Shown: positions 10,668 through 21,339, counted from the first letter of the stretch. The stretch is DNA of 64,000 nt from Patescibacteria group bacterium (GCA_050947035.1 JBMNVW010000001.1:48967-112966); one strand, 5' to 3'. Program-made: numbers and translations. Notes: a model not told the origin generated them from the sequence alone.

Positions 10668-10706
10668 ATCCGACCCTTAGGGTTAAACAGCTTCGGACCT
10701 TTAGAA
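10668..10706. repeat. REP-like palindrome, family A (partial)
   Basis: ATCCGACCCTTAGGGTTAAACAGCTTCGGACCTTTAGAA. Confidence 0.88.
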
Positions 10707-10785
10707 TTAAGTAAAAAAAGGGCAAAAAAACAACCAACGGGGTTGCCAAGAAGCCCTCTTCTTGATAATAATATTCTATAAATAA

Positions 10786-11379
10786 ATGGCCAATCCAGAA
10801 AGAAGTAATCTCGATCGCTTAAAAACAATTTATGGTTCCCAAACTGGTGACCTTTGGGCTGAACCCACTACCCCCTTAGAAATTCAAAGAAGAGTTTTGG
10901 CCAGCCAAGACCGGCTCGAGGAACTGCCTTTTTCCTATTTGGTTGATCAATACCCTCCCTTCCAGGAAGATGTTCTGGCCAAGGGAGATGGACCAGAAAA
11001 CAAGGAAAATCTTAACCAAGAAAAAGAAAAAAGTTTTCTTCTTGGGATTAAGACAATTTTTGAAGAAATAAGCTCTTGGCCTGATTTTCCTTACCAACAA
11101 TGCGATCGAGCCTCGCGTTTCTTAGCCAAAAAAATGAAAAATATAAGCGTGGTCATGGGTTGGTTTCATCTTGATCGACCCATTGGCCTTTACTTGCCCT
11201 CTTGGGACAAGCCAATTGAACCTCATACTTGGAATGTCGACCAGAGAGGACGCATTATTGATCTAACTGTTTTTCAATTTAATCAGGGCCTTGATGATCC
11301 TTTTCCCAAACAACCCCTAATCATTGAAAAAGACATCTTTGTTGCTAATCGCTACCAAAAATCAGGCGGCCAAATTTAA
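10786..11379 (+). CDS. hypothetical protein, possible papain/transglutaminase-like fold
   Basis: Spaced QCDRAS...HTWN...IIDLT motifs resemble a Cys-His-Asp triad. Confidence 0.5.
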   Translation: MANPERSNLDRLKTIYGSQTGDLWAEPTTPLEIQRRVLASQDRLEELPFSYLVDQYPPFQEDVLAKGDGPENKENLNQEKEKSFLLGIKTIFEEISSWPDFPYQQCDRASRFLAKKMKNISVVMGWFHLDRPIGLYLPSWDKPIEPHTWNVDQRGRIIDLTVFQFNQGLDDPFPKQPLIIEKDIFVANRYQKSGGQI

Positions 11380-11435
11380 AAAACTTCTTTTTTCCTCTTT
11401 TCAAAACACCTTCCTCTGTTATACTAAAAACCAGA

Positions 11436-13067
11436 ATGATCAATAGGGCTTTTAAAAACGGTAAAAAGTTTTTTTCTCAACAACAAACCAGCATTTTTTC
11501 CGCTGCTTTTACCATCGGCTTGGCTATGTTGGGGTCAGCAATTTTAGGAATTTTGCGCGACCGGCTTCTTTACGCTAAATTCTTTGCTACCAACCCGGCC
11601 CAATTAGACGTCTATAACGCCGCCTTTAAAATTCCTGACATTCTCTTCCAAATTTTAATCACCGGCGCTCTTTCGGCTGCTTTCATCCCTATCTTTTCCG
11701 AATGGATTAACAAAGATAAAAAAACCGCCAATCGCATTGCCTCCATTATGCTCAATTGGCTGTTGTTGGCTTTTATGGGTTTGGGAGTGCTCATTTTTAT
11801 TTTTGCCCGGCCATTGTCTGGCTTAATTACTTTTGGATTTTCGGCTGATCAGCTAGGCCTAATGGCCCTGTTGACCCAAATTTTAATTTTGGCCCAACTC
11901 TTTCTTTTGACTTCTAATTTCTTAACCGGCATTATTCACTCTCATCAACGCTTTGTTATGCCCGCCCTATCGCCGATTGTTTACAATCTCGGCATTATCG
12001 GCGGGATTATCTTTTTTTCTGATCAGGTCGGCATTCTTGGTCCTACCATTGGCGTAGTTATTGGTGCTTTTTTCCATCTCTTAATCCAGGTACCACTGGC
12101 GCTATCTTTAGGCTTTTCTTTCAAGCCATTTCTTTTTGATTTTTCTGATCCGGTTATCAAAAAAATTGTCAATCTTATGGCCCCAAGAAGTATCAGCCTA
12201 ATTATTTCTCAAGTTGAAGCGGCTATTATTATCTATTGGGCCACGGCAGTCGGGGAGGGGATGTTGTCTTTATTTTATCTAGCCCAGCACTTATCACAAT
12301 TACCGGTTCGGTTAATTGGCGCCACTATTGGCCAGGCCACCCTGCCCGCCTTGTCTCATCAAAAAGTCAAAAACGGCCTAAATTCTTTTGGTAAATTACT
12401 TCGACAAACTTTTTCTCAAACCGCCTACCTGGCTCTGCCGGTAACCGCTCTTTTATTAACCCTAAGGATTCCCTTGGTTCGCTTGGCTTTCGGAGCTCAA
12501 GAATTCCCCTGGGAAGCCACTGTTTTAACTGGGCAAATTTTGGCCATTCTTTCCGTGGCTATTTTTACCCAAACCCTTTGCGAAATTACCCGTCGGGCCT
12601 TTTATGCTTTTACCGATACCAAAACCGTTCTAATCATCGATGGTTTAGCCACCGTTTTTAATCTAATCTTCATTGCCATTGCTGTTAATTTTAGTTGGGG
12701 AATTTTGGGGTTAACCGCCGGCATTTCCTTATCCAACCTCATTCGCCTAATTTTATTCACAGCAAAACTGGAGAAAAAAATTAATCTTATCACCAAACCA
12801 GCAGTCTACTCTTGGTTAAAGATGGGGATTTCGGCCATGGTCAGTATTTTAATTTCCTGGCAGGCAATGCGGCTTTTAGATCGTTTTGTCTTTGATACTA
12901 GCCGGGTTATTCCTTTGGTTTTTTTGACCACTTTTTCTGCCCTTTTGGGAGGAAGCGCTTACTTGGCTTCTTCTTGGATCTTAAAAATTGCTGAATTTAC
13001 TCAATTTGCTAATTTGGCCCAGAAATTAATTAAAAAATCTCTCCTTCTTAAAAGTAAAAAAACCTAA
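11436..13067 (+). CDS. murJ: lipid II flippase MurJ/MviN
   Basis: LGILRDRLL, AAFKIPD, GALSAAFIPIF; many TM segments. Confidence 0.93.
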   Translation: MINRAFKNGKKFFSQQQTSIFSAAFTIGLAMLGSAILGILRDRLLYAKFFATNPAQLDVYNAAFKIPDILFQILITGALSAAFIPIFSEWINKDKKTANRIASIMLNWLLLAFMGLGVLIFIFARPLSGLITFGFSADQLGLMALLTQILILAQLFLLTSNFLTGIIHSHQRFVMPALSPIVYNLGIIGGIIFFSDQVGILGPTIGVVIGAFFHLLIQVPLALSLGFSFKPFLFDFSDPVIKKIVNLMAPRSISLIISQVEAAIIIYWATAVGEGMLSLFYLAQHLSQLPVRLIGATIGQATLPALSHQKVKNGLNSFGKLLRQTFSQTAYLALPVTALLLTLRIPLVRLAFGAQEFPWEATVLTGQILAILSVAIFTQTLCEITRRAFYAFTDTKTVLIIDGLATVFNLIFIAIAVNFSWGILGLTAGISLSNLIRLILFTAKLEKKINLITKPAVYSWLKMGISAMVSILISWQAMRLLDRFVFDTSRVIPLVFLTTFSALLGGSAYLASSWILKIAEFTQFANLAQKLIKKSLLLKSKKT

Positions 13068-13152
13068 TTTCACTTCTTTTTTTGTGTTAAAATAAACCTT
13101 GCCTCAACAAGCCCTATTTGTTCCTAAACAAACTTTGCTTGTTTTAATAATT

Positions 13153-13225
13153 GGCCTGGTCGCCAAGTAGTAAGGCAAGGGTCTGCAAAACCCTCATTTC
13201 GTGGGTGCAATTCCCACCCAGGCCT
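13153..13225 (+). tRNA. tRNA-Cys(GCA)
   Basis: Acceptor GGCCTGG/CCAGGCC, anticodon arm AGGGT-CTGCAAA-ACCCT, T arm GTGGG-TGCAATT-CCCAC; CCA not encoded. Confidence 0.93.
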
Positions 13226-13248
13226 CAAAATTTTAAAATTAGCCAATA

Positions 13249-14103
13249 ATGAAAAAATTTGTTCTGCCCTTATCAGCCCTTTTGACAGCCGCTGCTTTTG
13301 GGCTTTTTTTTCGTCATTCCTTGTTTTCTGCTCAGGGAGTTTTAGAAATAAACTCTAATCCACCGGTATCAGTTTTCATAAATGACCAAAAAATGGGAAC
13401 AACACCATTTAAAAAAGAGTTTAAACCCCAAAAACTAACAATTAAATTGGTCTCAGAAGAAGACCCAGAAAAAGCGCTTTGGCAAGGAAAAGCTCCCATT
13501 ACCTCCTCGGCCATCACTTTAATAAAATATCAGTTTGGCCAAGAAAGACAAGAAGATTATGGCGAAATTTTAACTCTAAGCAAAATTCCCGATAGAAAAA
13601 ACGGCGCCCTTTTGGTTTCCTCCTATCCTGATAAGGCTATCGTTAATCTAGACGGAGAAACTAAGGGTTACACACCACTGCTTTTAGAAGAAATTTCTCC
13701 TGGTCATCATAGCCTAGAAATTAATCTCGATGGTTATAAAAATTCTATTATTGGTCTTAATATCGCCACTGGTTTTCAACTTAACGCCGAAATAAAACTG
13801 GCCGAAATTATGGCTAGCCAAGACCAGGAAACTATCCCAGAAGAACAAGCTTTAACCCAAAAAACCCTCGTCACTATTCTTTCTACTCCTACCGGTTGGC
13901 TCAGGGTTAGAAGTGGGCCGGGAACTGGTTTTGCCGAGATTGCCAAGGTCTCTCCCGGTGAAAAATATCCTCTTTTAGCAGAAGATGAGGGTTGGCTAAA
14001 AATCTCCCTAGAAGACGAAATTGAAGAAGCCGAAGGAAAACAAACCGAGGGCTGGATATCAAGCCAATACGCAGAAACAGATGAACAAGACACCCTCCCC
14101 TAA
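13249..14103 (+). CDS. exported PEGA-domain protein with C-terminal SH3b domain
   Basis: Signal/TM; INSNPP...GTTP and SSYPDKA...GYTP PEGA repeats; WLRVRSGPG...GWISSQY SH3b. Confidence 0.85.
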   Translation: MKKFVLPLSALLTAAAFGLFFRHSLFSAQGVLEINSNPPVSVFINDQKMGTTPFKKEFKPQKLTIKLVSEEDPEKALWQGKAPITSSAITLIKYQFGQERQEDYGEILTLSKIPDRKNGALLVSSYPDKAIVNLDGETKGYTPLLLEEISPGHHSLEINLDGYKNSIIGLNIATGFQLNAEIKLAEIMASQDQETIPEEQALTQKTLVTILSTPTGWLRVRSGPGTGFAEIAKVSPGEKYPLLAEDEGWLKISLEDEIEEAEGKQTEGWISSQYAETDEQDTLP

Positions 14104-14113
14104 TCCAACCCCT

Positions 14114-14155
14114 TCCAACCCGACCCTAAGGGTCGGATAGCTTCGGACCTTTGGA
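14114..14155. repeat. REP-like palindrome, family A (partial, abuts RAYT stop codon)
   Basis: TCCAAC-CCGACCC-TAA-GGGTCGG-ATAGCTTCGGACCT-TTGGA. Confidence 0.88.
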
Positions 14156-14818
14156 TTATTCCAAAATTAAATGCTTAATGGCCTCCAACTTCTTGCCATA
14201 ATTAACCTGATCATAAACAAAAGTCTTTAATTCTTTTATAGAAGAAAAATAATCAAGAATAGGCTTTTTGTTACAAATTCCCCTTTTCTTATCTAAATAT
14301 TCAAAAAAAGAAGAATAAGGATAGTGGTCTAACTCGGCTTCTTTTATTACCAGAGAAACTACCGGATTAATTTGAATATATCGCCAAACATGAATAAATT
14401 GGTCATCGTCTTCTACTCTCACCGCTTTAAAAACCCCTTGGAAAAGATGGCCGACTCTTTTGTATTTAATATTAAGGTAACGAGTATAGCTGTTAGAAAA
14501 ATCACTCATAAACTTGGCGATGCCATTGTCAATTAATTGCTTAAGGAGAAAATGAAAATGGTTGGGCATTAAGCAATAACCGAGAATGTCTACCCGTTTT
14601 TTGCCATCTTTTAATAATTGAGAGAAAAAACGGCTTTTTTCTTCTTCTCCCAACTTAGAAAACTGGCTTAATCCAAAAGGAAGATCGTCAAATCGATAAA
14701 AGTTCAAGGCTGACAAGGCCTTGCCATATTCTCGTTTACTGGTAAAAACCGGCCGTTTCTCGACACCAAGATTAAAAACATGGTAAATTTCTCCATTAGC
14801 AAAAATTGTTTTTCTCAT
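14156..14818 (-). mobile_element. REP-associated tyrosine transposase (RAYT, Y1 HUH family) gene
   Basis: YHVFNLG, YCLMPNHFHFLL (HUH), GHLFQG, YIQINPV (catalytic Tyr), YPYSS; family A palindromes on both sides. Confidence 0.9.
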
Positions 14819-14858
14819 TTTAAAATCTCTCTAAAAAAAACATAAAAATTAATATTTT

Positions 14859-14913
14859 TCTAAAGGTCCGAAGCTGTTTAACCCTAAGGGTCGGATAGCT
14901 TCGGACCTTTAGA
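14859..14913. repeat. REP-like palindrome, family A (full copy upstream of RAYT)
   Basis: TCTAAAGGTCCGAAGCT-GTTTA-ACCC-TAA-GGGT-CGGAT-AGCTTCGGACCTTTAGA; perfect 17-bp outer stem. Confidence 0.93.
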
Positions 14914-14988
14914 TTAGTGCCTACTTCAATTTTTACTAATACCCCAATACCCTTCTATTGCCTCTTATTCCCTCTCTGTTGTCCTCTC

Positions 14989-16065
14989 TTACTGTTTTCT
15001 TTTGATAAAAAACAACTTAAACCAAACCGAAAAGGCCAATAAAATAACAAAAACCATTACTATGGCATAGGCTTTTTGCTGAGAATTAAGGGATAAAGCA
15101 ATTAGGCCTAAAGCCAGAGAGGAAAGCAAATAAAAAAGGGCAATTGTTCGTTTGCTAAAACCAAGGTCTAAAAATTTATGATGCAAGTGGCCCCGATCGC
15201 CCCAAACCGGAGATTTCCCCTTAGATACTCTTCTTGCGATGGTAATCAACGCATCCATCGTCGGCACTCCCAAAACCAAAATAGCGGTGGCAATTTTTGC
15301 CCCAGAAAGAATCGCCAGCACTCCTAAAAAAAACCCGGCCAAGCTTTTGCCGCTATAACCGGGCATAATTTTTTGAGGATAAAAGTTCCAAGGCAAAAAA
15401 CCAAAATATGCCCCAGAGACAGAGGCTGACAAAACAATGACCGGCCACTGAGTAATATCAGCCCCAAAACGAGCCCCCAAAATCGCCATTACTAGAGCGG
15501 CGATAAAAACAAAAGCCGGTAGCTGACCATCCACCCCCGAAGACCAACCAACAATATTCATATTCCAAACTATCCATAACAAACCAAACAAACAAGACAG
15601 GAGCCAAATGGAGTGTGGTTGACCCCAGAAATTAAAAATAATTTGCGGTTGGTCAAGACGAACCAAACCATTAAAGGGGTTAGTAATAAAAGCAATGCCA
15701 ATTCCGGCCCCAACTACGCAAAGAGCCGCTAGACAATTAAAAAAGAGTCGCAAATAAGGACTAAGATCGTATTTATCATCAAACAAGCCCACTATCAGAG
15801 TTATTAAGGCCCCAGTAAAAATCCCCCACCAGTGTTTGTCCATTGGCAACCAAAAAAAACCGGTTAAAAAAACTGCTAAAAATATAGGCAACCCCCCACC
15901 CCGAGGAACCGGATACTGATGAACCACCTTAGGATGATGGTGCTCTTGGGGATCATCAATACCAATTAAGTTTGTCCGCCAAGCCAAAAATATCGTTGCC
16001 TTGGTAAGAACAAAACTTAACAAGAAAGAGAGTAAAAAGGGGCCAAAAAATAAACCATTCACCAT
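14989..16065 (-). CDS. polyprenyl-phosphate GlcNAc-1-phosphate transferase (WecA/TagO/MraY family)
   Basis: PVPRGGG, GLFDD, GVDG, NFYPQKIMPG, DRGHLHH. Confidence 0.88.
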   Translation of the reverse strand: MVNGLFFGPFLLSFLLSFVLTKATIFLAWRTNLIGIDDPQEHHHPKVVHQYPVPRGGGLPIFLAVFLTGFFWLPMDKHWWGIFTGALITLIVGLFDDKYDLSPYLRLFFNCLAALCVVGAGIGIAFITNPFNGLVRLDQPQIIFNFWGQPHSIWLLSCLFGLLWIVWNMNIVGWSSGVDGQLPAFVFIAALVMAILGARFGADITQWPVIVLSASVSGAYFGFLPWNFYPQKIMPGYSGKSLAGFFLGVLAILSGAKIATAILVLGVPTMDALITIARRVSKGKSPVWGDRGHLHHKFLDLGFSKRTIALFYLLSSLALGLIALSLNSQQKAYAIVMVFVILLAFSVWFKLFFIKRKQ

Positions 16066-16470
16066 CTAGATAATAATAACAATAATCCGAAAGAGAGTAA
16101 AAAAAGATAAAAAAGAAAAAACAACTGAGGCCCACATGAGAACCTGAACCAAAAAGGGTCGATCAAAAAAAAGCCCGCTTAAAATAAAATTCAACAAACT
16201 AATAAAAAAAGACAGGGCCGGTAAAACTAATAATAACCAAGGAGAAGCTAATTGGGCCTCTCCCCAAGGTCGACTATAAAACAGGGGTACCTGAGGGGGC
16301 AATTTATTATAAACAACAAAAAATAATCCCACCATAAGAAAAATCAACCCCAAGCTAATAAATAGGGCCAACTTAACTGTCTTTTGGCCTAAAACAACCC
16401 CCGATAATAAGCGATTTTGAGACGACACTCTAAGTTTAGGCAAAGTCTTTTCTATTAAAATAAAAACCAA
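16066..16470 (-). CDS. small three-TM membrane protein (DUF1648-like)
   Basis: LPPQVPLFYSRPWG between hydrophobic segments. Confidence 0.6.
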   Translation of the reverse strand: MVFILIEKTLPKLRVSSQNRLLSGVVLGQKTVKLALFISLGLIFLMVGLFFVVYNKLPPQVPLFYSRPWGEAQLASPWLLLVLPALSFFISLLNFILSGLFFDRPFLVQVLMWASVVFSFLSFFTLFRIIVIII

Positions 16471-17948
16471 ACTTGTAATGAGCCAAATTCTTCAATCGGA
16501 TAATAATTTTTGTTTAAAAAAGTTAATAAATCAGGAAAAGAATATCGATAATCTCGATCATAAACGACAATTTTAGGTAAATTCGTTTTAATGGCCGATA
16601 ACACTTCTTGGTGACGATCAAAATCACGAATATGATAAGCAACCGTATAACGACCAGCCGGCAAATGTCGAGACAGGGCATAAATATGAGGCTGATTTCC
16701 CCAAACAAAAATTTCCTCATTCCAAGGCAAGGCTTGGCTGATAAATTCGACCACTTGATAGTTCTCCAAAACATCTTGACCAAACCAACTAAAATATTCC
16801 TGCCGATTCTTTCTTCCTAAAGCAAACTGAGCGAAGTTTTGATAATAAGAAACAACGGTGTGGGTATAAAAATGATAACTAAAAAAACCGGCTACTAAAA
16901 AAACAACCGGGATTATGCCAACCAAAAGAAGTCGAATTTTCTTCTCAAAAAGAAAAACAAATAAAAACCCAAATAGAATTAACAAGGGGGCAACAACTTG
17001 AAGCAAATAATGGGGATAGGGTCGGGATGATAAAAAAGCCCCAAAAATAGCCAAAAACAGCCACAAAAAAACCAAAAGAAATCGTTTATTTTTTAAGAAA
17101 AATTTTCTTTGCCAAAAAATTCCCAACAAAACGATCATTAAAATTATCCCCCGCCAAAATAGTTGGTTAGATAAAAGAGAAGCTTCTTTTTGTCCTCCCC
17201 AAGAAGACAAATAGGGAAGGTTTTGCAACCAGGCTGATTCCCAATAATAAAAAAGAGCTCCCGGCCTTAGGGCATAAAAAACAAAAGTTAAAAGAGGGGG
17301 AATTAAAAAGCCGATCACCAATGGCGCCTTTGCTTTTACTTTGGCAAAAAAATCTTCTTTATTTTTGGCGAGGGTGAAACTTAATAAAAAAGAGAAAATT
17401 AACAGGGCCGACCAATCAAAAAGAGGCGGACTTTTAAAAAGAAAAGCCGCTCCCATCATCAAACCAGAGTGCCAAAGTTTTTCTTCCAAGAAAAAATAAA
17501 CTCCTAAGATAACTAAACCGATAAAAAAATGTTCGGCGTTGGTAATTGGTCCCTCAAAAATAGGCAAAGAGGTTAAAAAAACAAACAAGGTGGTTAAAAC
17601 CAGAGTCAGATTCTTTGACTTAAAAAACTTCTTGGCCAATTTAAAAAATGCTATTGTGGTTCCCATCATCCAAACCAGCAAAATAAAGCGGAACCAAAAA
17701 ACATTTCCGGCTATAGCGGCTAGCCAATATAAAAGCGGAGGCTTGTTGTCGTGAATATCCCGATAGAGAGTTTGGCCTTGACGAACGGATTGGCCGAGAG
17801 TTAAATAAATTCCCTCATCGCCATACCAAAAGGGCTCAAACAAAGAGGGCAACCTTAAAACCAAAATCAAAAACAACAAAACAAGCAAAAAAGCCGGCCA
17901 GTTTTTGGTTTTTGATTCAATTTTTTCTAAAAAAGATGAAAGTTTCAT
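16455..17948 (-). CDS. GT-C fold (ArnT/PMT-like) membrane glycosyltransferase
   Basis: WYGDEGIY...YRDIHDNKPP first loop; multiple TMs; C-terminal soluble domain. Confidence 0.78.
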   Translation of the reverse strand: MKLSSFLEKIESKTKNWPAFLLVLLFLILVLRLPSLFEPFWYGDEGIYLTLGQSVRQGQTLYRDIHDNKPPLLYWLAAIAGNVFWFRFILLVWMMGTTIAFFKLAKKFFKSKNLTLVLTTLFVFLTSLPIFEGPITNAEHFFIGLVILGVYFFLEEKLWHSGLMMGAAFLFKSPPLFDWSALLIFSFLLSFTLAKNKEDFFAKVKAKAPLVIGFLIPPLLTFVFYALRPGALFYYWESAWLQNLPYLSSWGGQKEASLLSNQLFWRGIILMIVLLGIFWQRKFFLKNKRFLLVFLWLFLAIFGAFLSSRPYPHYLLQVVAPLLILFGFLFVFLFEKKIRLLLVGIIPVVFLVAGFFSYHFYTHTVVSYYQNFAQFALGRKNRQEYFSWFGQDVLENYQVVEFISQALPWNEEIFVWGNQPHIYALSRHLPAGRYTVAYHIRDFDRHQEVLSAIKTNLPKIVVYDRDYRYSFPDLLTFLNKNYYPIEEFGSLQVWFLF

Positions 17949-18020
17949 TAGATAATCTTTTTAAACCACAAAAATGATTTATGGTCAAGAAAAAAGCGAA
18001 ATTAATTTGAATTTTTTAAC

Positions 18021-19508
18021 CTATACCTTCTCTGTTACTCGATATTCTAGATACTTACCTAACATTAATCTAGTGTGAGCATCAATGCCGGGAAGAGCAC
18101 CAAAGAAAAAGCCGGAAATAGGCATCAAGAAAAACTCAAAAGGAATTAAAAGAGCCCGAAGTCGAGAAACACTTTTTGGTCTTTGAGGCCGCTGTTTACC
18201 ATTAACCCAAAGGGCCATCGCCAGGGAAAGCAAAGTCAAAGAAAGAATCGCTGAAGAAAAATTGGCCATCATATAACCCATCGATGATTTAGTAAATTGG
18301 GGATTTATAAGGGCGGGAATGTTCACTCCCAAAGTAACAACAAACCAATGAACCGGCCACAAAAAATGATCCCGCAAAACATGCAAAACCCGAACCGTTT
18401 TATTCCAAAAAGAAATTGACCCGGAAGTTAAATAACGATAAATTATATAAGCATCATCAACCACTCCCCACGCCCAACGTTTATATTGTTCATATTGATT
18501 AATTAGGGTTTTCCAAGTTGAGGTCGATTCGGCCGCATCAACCAAAACCGGCAAAGAAATTGGGTCAACTTCTACTTGGCCTTGCTTGTCAAAATAGGCC
18601 TTGAAAAAAATTCGATAATCTTCCGGAATAACATCCGGGTCCCAATAACCAACTTCGTCAACCAATCTTAACGAAGTTGAATAATTAGCACAACTAACAA
18701 CTCGATAAGAATGAACTGATAAAGAAATGTGGCGAATGGAGGAAAAAGTATTGCTAATTCTGGTTAGGGCCGGCAAATTCCAAAAGTTGTTATAAAACAA
18801 AACCACCGGCTGCCAAAACCTTAAGTATCGCTTAGGATTATCTAAAAAGTGATAGGCAAGAGCGGAAAAATACTTGGGATGATAAACGTGATCGGCATCG
18901 CAACTGGAAATAGTTAAATAATTAATGTCATAACCGTTCTCATCAACCAAATATTTTTTTGCCTTTTGAGCGGCCCAACGTTCATTGGAAGATTTACCCG
19001 CTACTTCACCAGACTGAAGCTCGTGAACCGTTACTAAAAAATGACCAAACTTATCACCAAATTCTTTCTTCAAAGCTCCAACCTTCCTTTGCCTTGCCTT
19101 AGCCTCCTCTTTGGCTTCAGTAGCCAAAACAACGGTAATATTTTCTAAAGGAAAATCCTGCTGAGCAATTGCCTTAAGGGTCCTTTTCAAAACATGAAGC
19201 GGTTCTTTATAAGTGACTACCATAACAATATGATGAACCCTCTTCCAATCACCAAAGCCCTTGGCCTCGCCTAACCAATCGGTAATCTTTGAGGCTTCCA
19301 TTTTATAATGGCCCATAACCGCTCCCACCCCAAAAACGGCCGACTGATAAAGCCAATAAATATCATAAAAAAGAATTAAATAAGCTACCGCCAAAGGAAA
19401 GAAAAACGATCCCCAAAACAAAAAAAGGATTAAGTTCCAAGAAGCAAGCCCGGGTAGAATTTCTAAAAACCGAATAACTAAATGACGGTGTTTTTTCAAA
19501 AAACTCAT
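18021..19508 (-). CDS. membrane-bound GT2 glycosyltransferase
   Basis: GKSSN, CDAD, IPED, QYKRWAWG (QxxRW). Confidence 0.85.
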   Translation of the reverse strand: MSFLKKHRHLVIRFLEILPGLASWNLILFLFWGSFFFPLAVAYLILFYDIYWLYQSAVFGVGAVMGHYKMEASKITDWLGEAKGFGDWKRVHHIVMVVTYKEPLHVLKRTLKAIAQQDFPLENITVVLATEAKEEAKARQRKVGALKKEFGDKFGHFLVTVHELQSGEVAGKSSNERWAAQKAKKYLVDENGYDINYLTISSCDADHVYHPKYFSALAYHFLDNPKRYLRFWQPVVLFYNNFWNLPALTRISNTFSSIRHISLSVHSYRVVSCANYSTSLRLVDEVGYWDPDVIPEDYRIFFKAYFDKQGQVEVDPISLPVLVDAAESTSTWKTLINQYEQYKRWAWGVVDDAYIIYRYLTSGSISFWNKTVRVLHVLRDHFLWPVHWFVVTLGVNIPALINPQFTKSSMGYMMANFSSAILSLTLLSLAMALWVNGKQRPQRPKSVSRLRALLIPFEFFLMPISGFFFGALPGIDAHTRLMLGKYLEYRVTEKV

Positions 19509-20908
19509 TACTTCTTTCTAATAAATAAAGTCTTGGGGGGGGTAATTTTTTGGGCCAAAAAAGTCTCTTTGATTATTTTGGTTGTCCGAGGCAAAAATGG
19601 CTCAATCATCACCGCAACTAACAAAATATCATCAACAAACCCAGCCAGTAGTTGGCCTTTTTTCTTCTTATCCTTAATTTTCCAGGGTTGAGCCCGATTA
19701 AGCCTTTGATCAATTAAGGTAATTTTTTGCCAAATTAATTTTAAAGATTTTAAAATTTGGTAATTATTTAGGGCCTGGCCAGCTTCTCCCTGAAAAACCT
19801 TTTCGGGATTTGGCCAAGAAGCAAAAAATTCTTGTTCCGATAATTGACAAAGCCTAGAAAGACGAGCCACCAAATTACCCAGGCCATTAGCTAAATCAGC
19901 ATTATATTTTTCCTTCATTTTAGACCAAGAAATATCACCATCACCACTTAGAGTTTTGGCGGTAGCCAATAAATACCGGGCTCCATCAGAACCAAACTCT
20001 TCGGCTAATTCCTGAGGACGAATAATATTACCCAAAGATTTGCTAATTTTTTGACCATTAAGAGTCAAAAAACCATGAGCATAAATTGTTTTAGGCAAGG
20101 GGTAACCGGCTGATTTTAACATTGCCGGCCAAAGTAGAGCGTGCCAGCGAGTATTGTCTTTGCCTAAAAGATGAAGGTCGGCCGGCCAAAAATCTTTTGG
20201 CGCCCCCGTTAAATAATTAATCAAAGCATCAAACCAAACATAAAGAGTTTGATCCGGATCATCAGGAACAGGAATTCCCCAGCTAACATTTTGCCGAGAA
20301 ATAGAAATATCCTTTAAGTCCTGGTCTAAAAAAGCCAACATTTCCTTGGCCCGACTTTGGGGTTTAATAAATTCAGGGTTATTTTTAATATGATCCTTTA
20401 AGAAGTCCTCATATTTTGACCAAGCAAAAAAATAGTTTTCTTCGGCTAATTTTTTAATTGACAAATTGGGGTGATGGGGGCAATGACCGTCCTCAAGATC
20501 GGCCACCGTCTTATACTCCTCACAACCGGAGCAATAAAAACCAGAAAACTTATCTCGATAGATATCGCCTGATTTTTTAACCCGAAGATAAAAGTCCGTT
20601 GCTTGTTTGACATGGTCTTTGTCGGTAGTACGAATATAGCGGTCAGGACAAATATCAAGAGCGGATAATTGTTTTTTGTTACCCGAAACTACTCGATCAA
20701 CAAAATCAGCCACCTTGAAACCGGCTTCTTTGGCCGCCTCTTCGGCTTTGCCACCATGCTCATCAGACCCAGTCAAGAAGAAAACCTCCTCACCCAAAAG
20801 CCGGTGAAAACGAGCCAAAATATCGGCTACTACCTTTTGATAGGCATGACCGATATGAACCACATCATTGACATAATCAATGGCCGTAGTAAGATAAAAT
20901 CTTTTCAT
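19508..20908 (-). CDS. metG: methionine-tRNA ligase (short form)
   Basis: HIGH, TGSDEHG, YVWFDALINY, KISKSLGN. Confidence 0.96.
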   Translation of the reverse strand: MKRFYLTTAIDYVNDVVHIGHAYQKVVADILARFHRLLGEEVFFLTGSDEHGGKAEEAAKEAGFKVADFVDRVVSGNKKQLSALDICPDRYIRTTDKDHVKQATDFYLRVKKSGDIYRDKFSGFYCSGCEEYKTVADLEDGHCPHHPNLSIKKLAEENYFFAWSKYEDFLKDHIKNNPEFIKPQSRAKEMLAFLDQDLKDISISRQNVSWGIPVPDDPDQTLYVWFDALINYLTGAPKDFWPADLHLLGKDNTRWHALLWPAMLKSAGYPLPKTIYAHGFLTLNGQKISKSLGNIIRPQELAEEFGSDGARYLLATAKTLSGDGDISWSKMKEKYNADLANGLGNLVARLSRLCQLSEQEFFASWPNPEKVFQGEAGQALNNYQILKSLKLIWQKITLIDQRLNRAQPWKIKDKKKKGQLLAGFVDDILLVAVMIEPFLPRTTKIIKETFLAQKITPPKTLFIRKK

Positions 20909-20979
20909 AATTTGTTAAAAAAAATTATCAGTGCTTTTTATTAATCTTACCACTCTCCAGAAGAAGGTAAAGGGTTTTT

Positions 20980-21339
20980 TTAAGAGGAAAGGCTAAAAAT
21001 ATTCTTAATCTTCTTTTCCCAATTAGCTGCCCATTCTTCTGCTTCTAGTTTTTCTAAGATCTTTTTAACCCCCGGTTTAGTAAGATCATTTTGAAGCTTG
21101 GCAATCGTGGCTGGGGAAATGTGAAACCTGGCCCTAATTTGACTATATTTTTGGCCTTTTTTTAAGGCCCAAAGAATGGCTAATCTTTTGGCTAAAGCAA
21201 TTTGTTCGGCCGAGCTTAATAATTGACGACAAAAACTTTCGGCCTCTTTGGGAGAGCCAATATCAGCAATCAACTGATAAAGATAAGCAAAAATCTCCTC
21301 TTTAACTTTGGGATCTAATTTCTTGCCGGATAGGCGCAT
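20980..21339 (-). CDS. TrpR-like (YerC/YecD) HTH protein
   Basis: LLSSAEQIALAKRL...YSQI...SPATIAK. Confidence 0.75.
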   Translation of the reverse strand: MRLSGKKLDPKVKEEIFAYLYQLIADIGSPKEAESFCRQLLSSAEQIALAKRLAILWALKKGQKYSQIRARFHISPATIAKLQNDLTKPGVKKILEKLEAEEWAANWEKKIKNIFSLSS

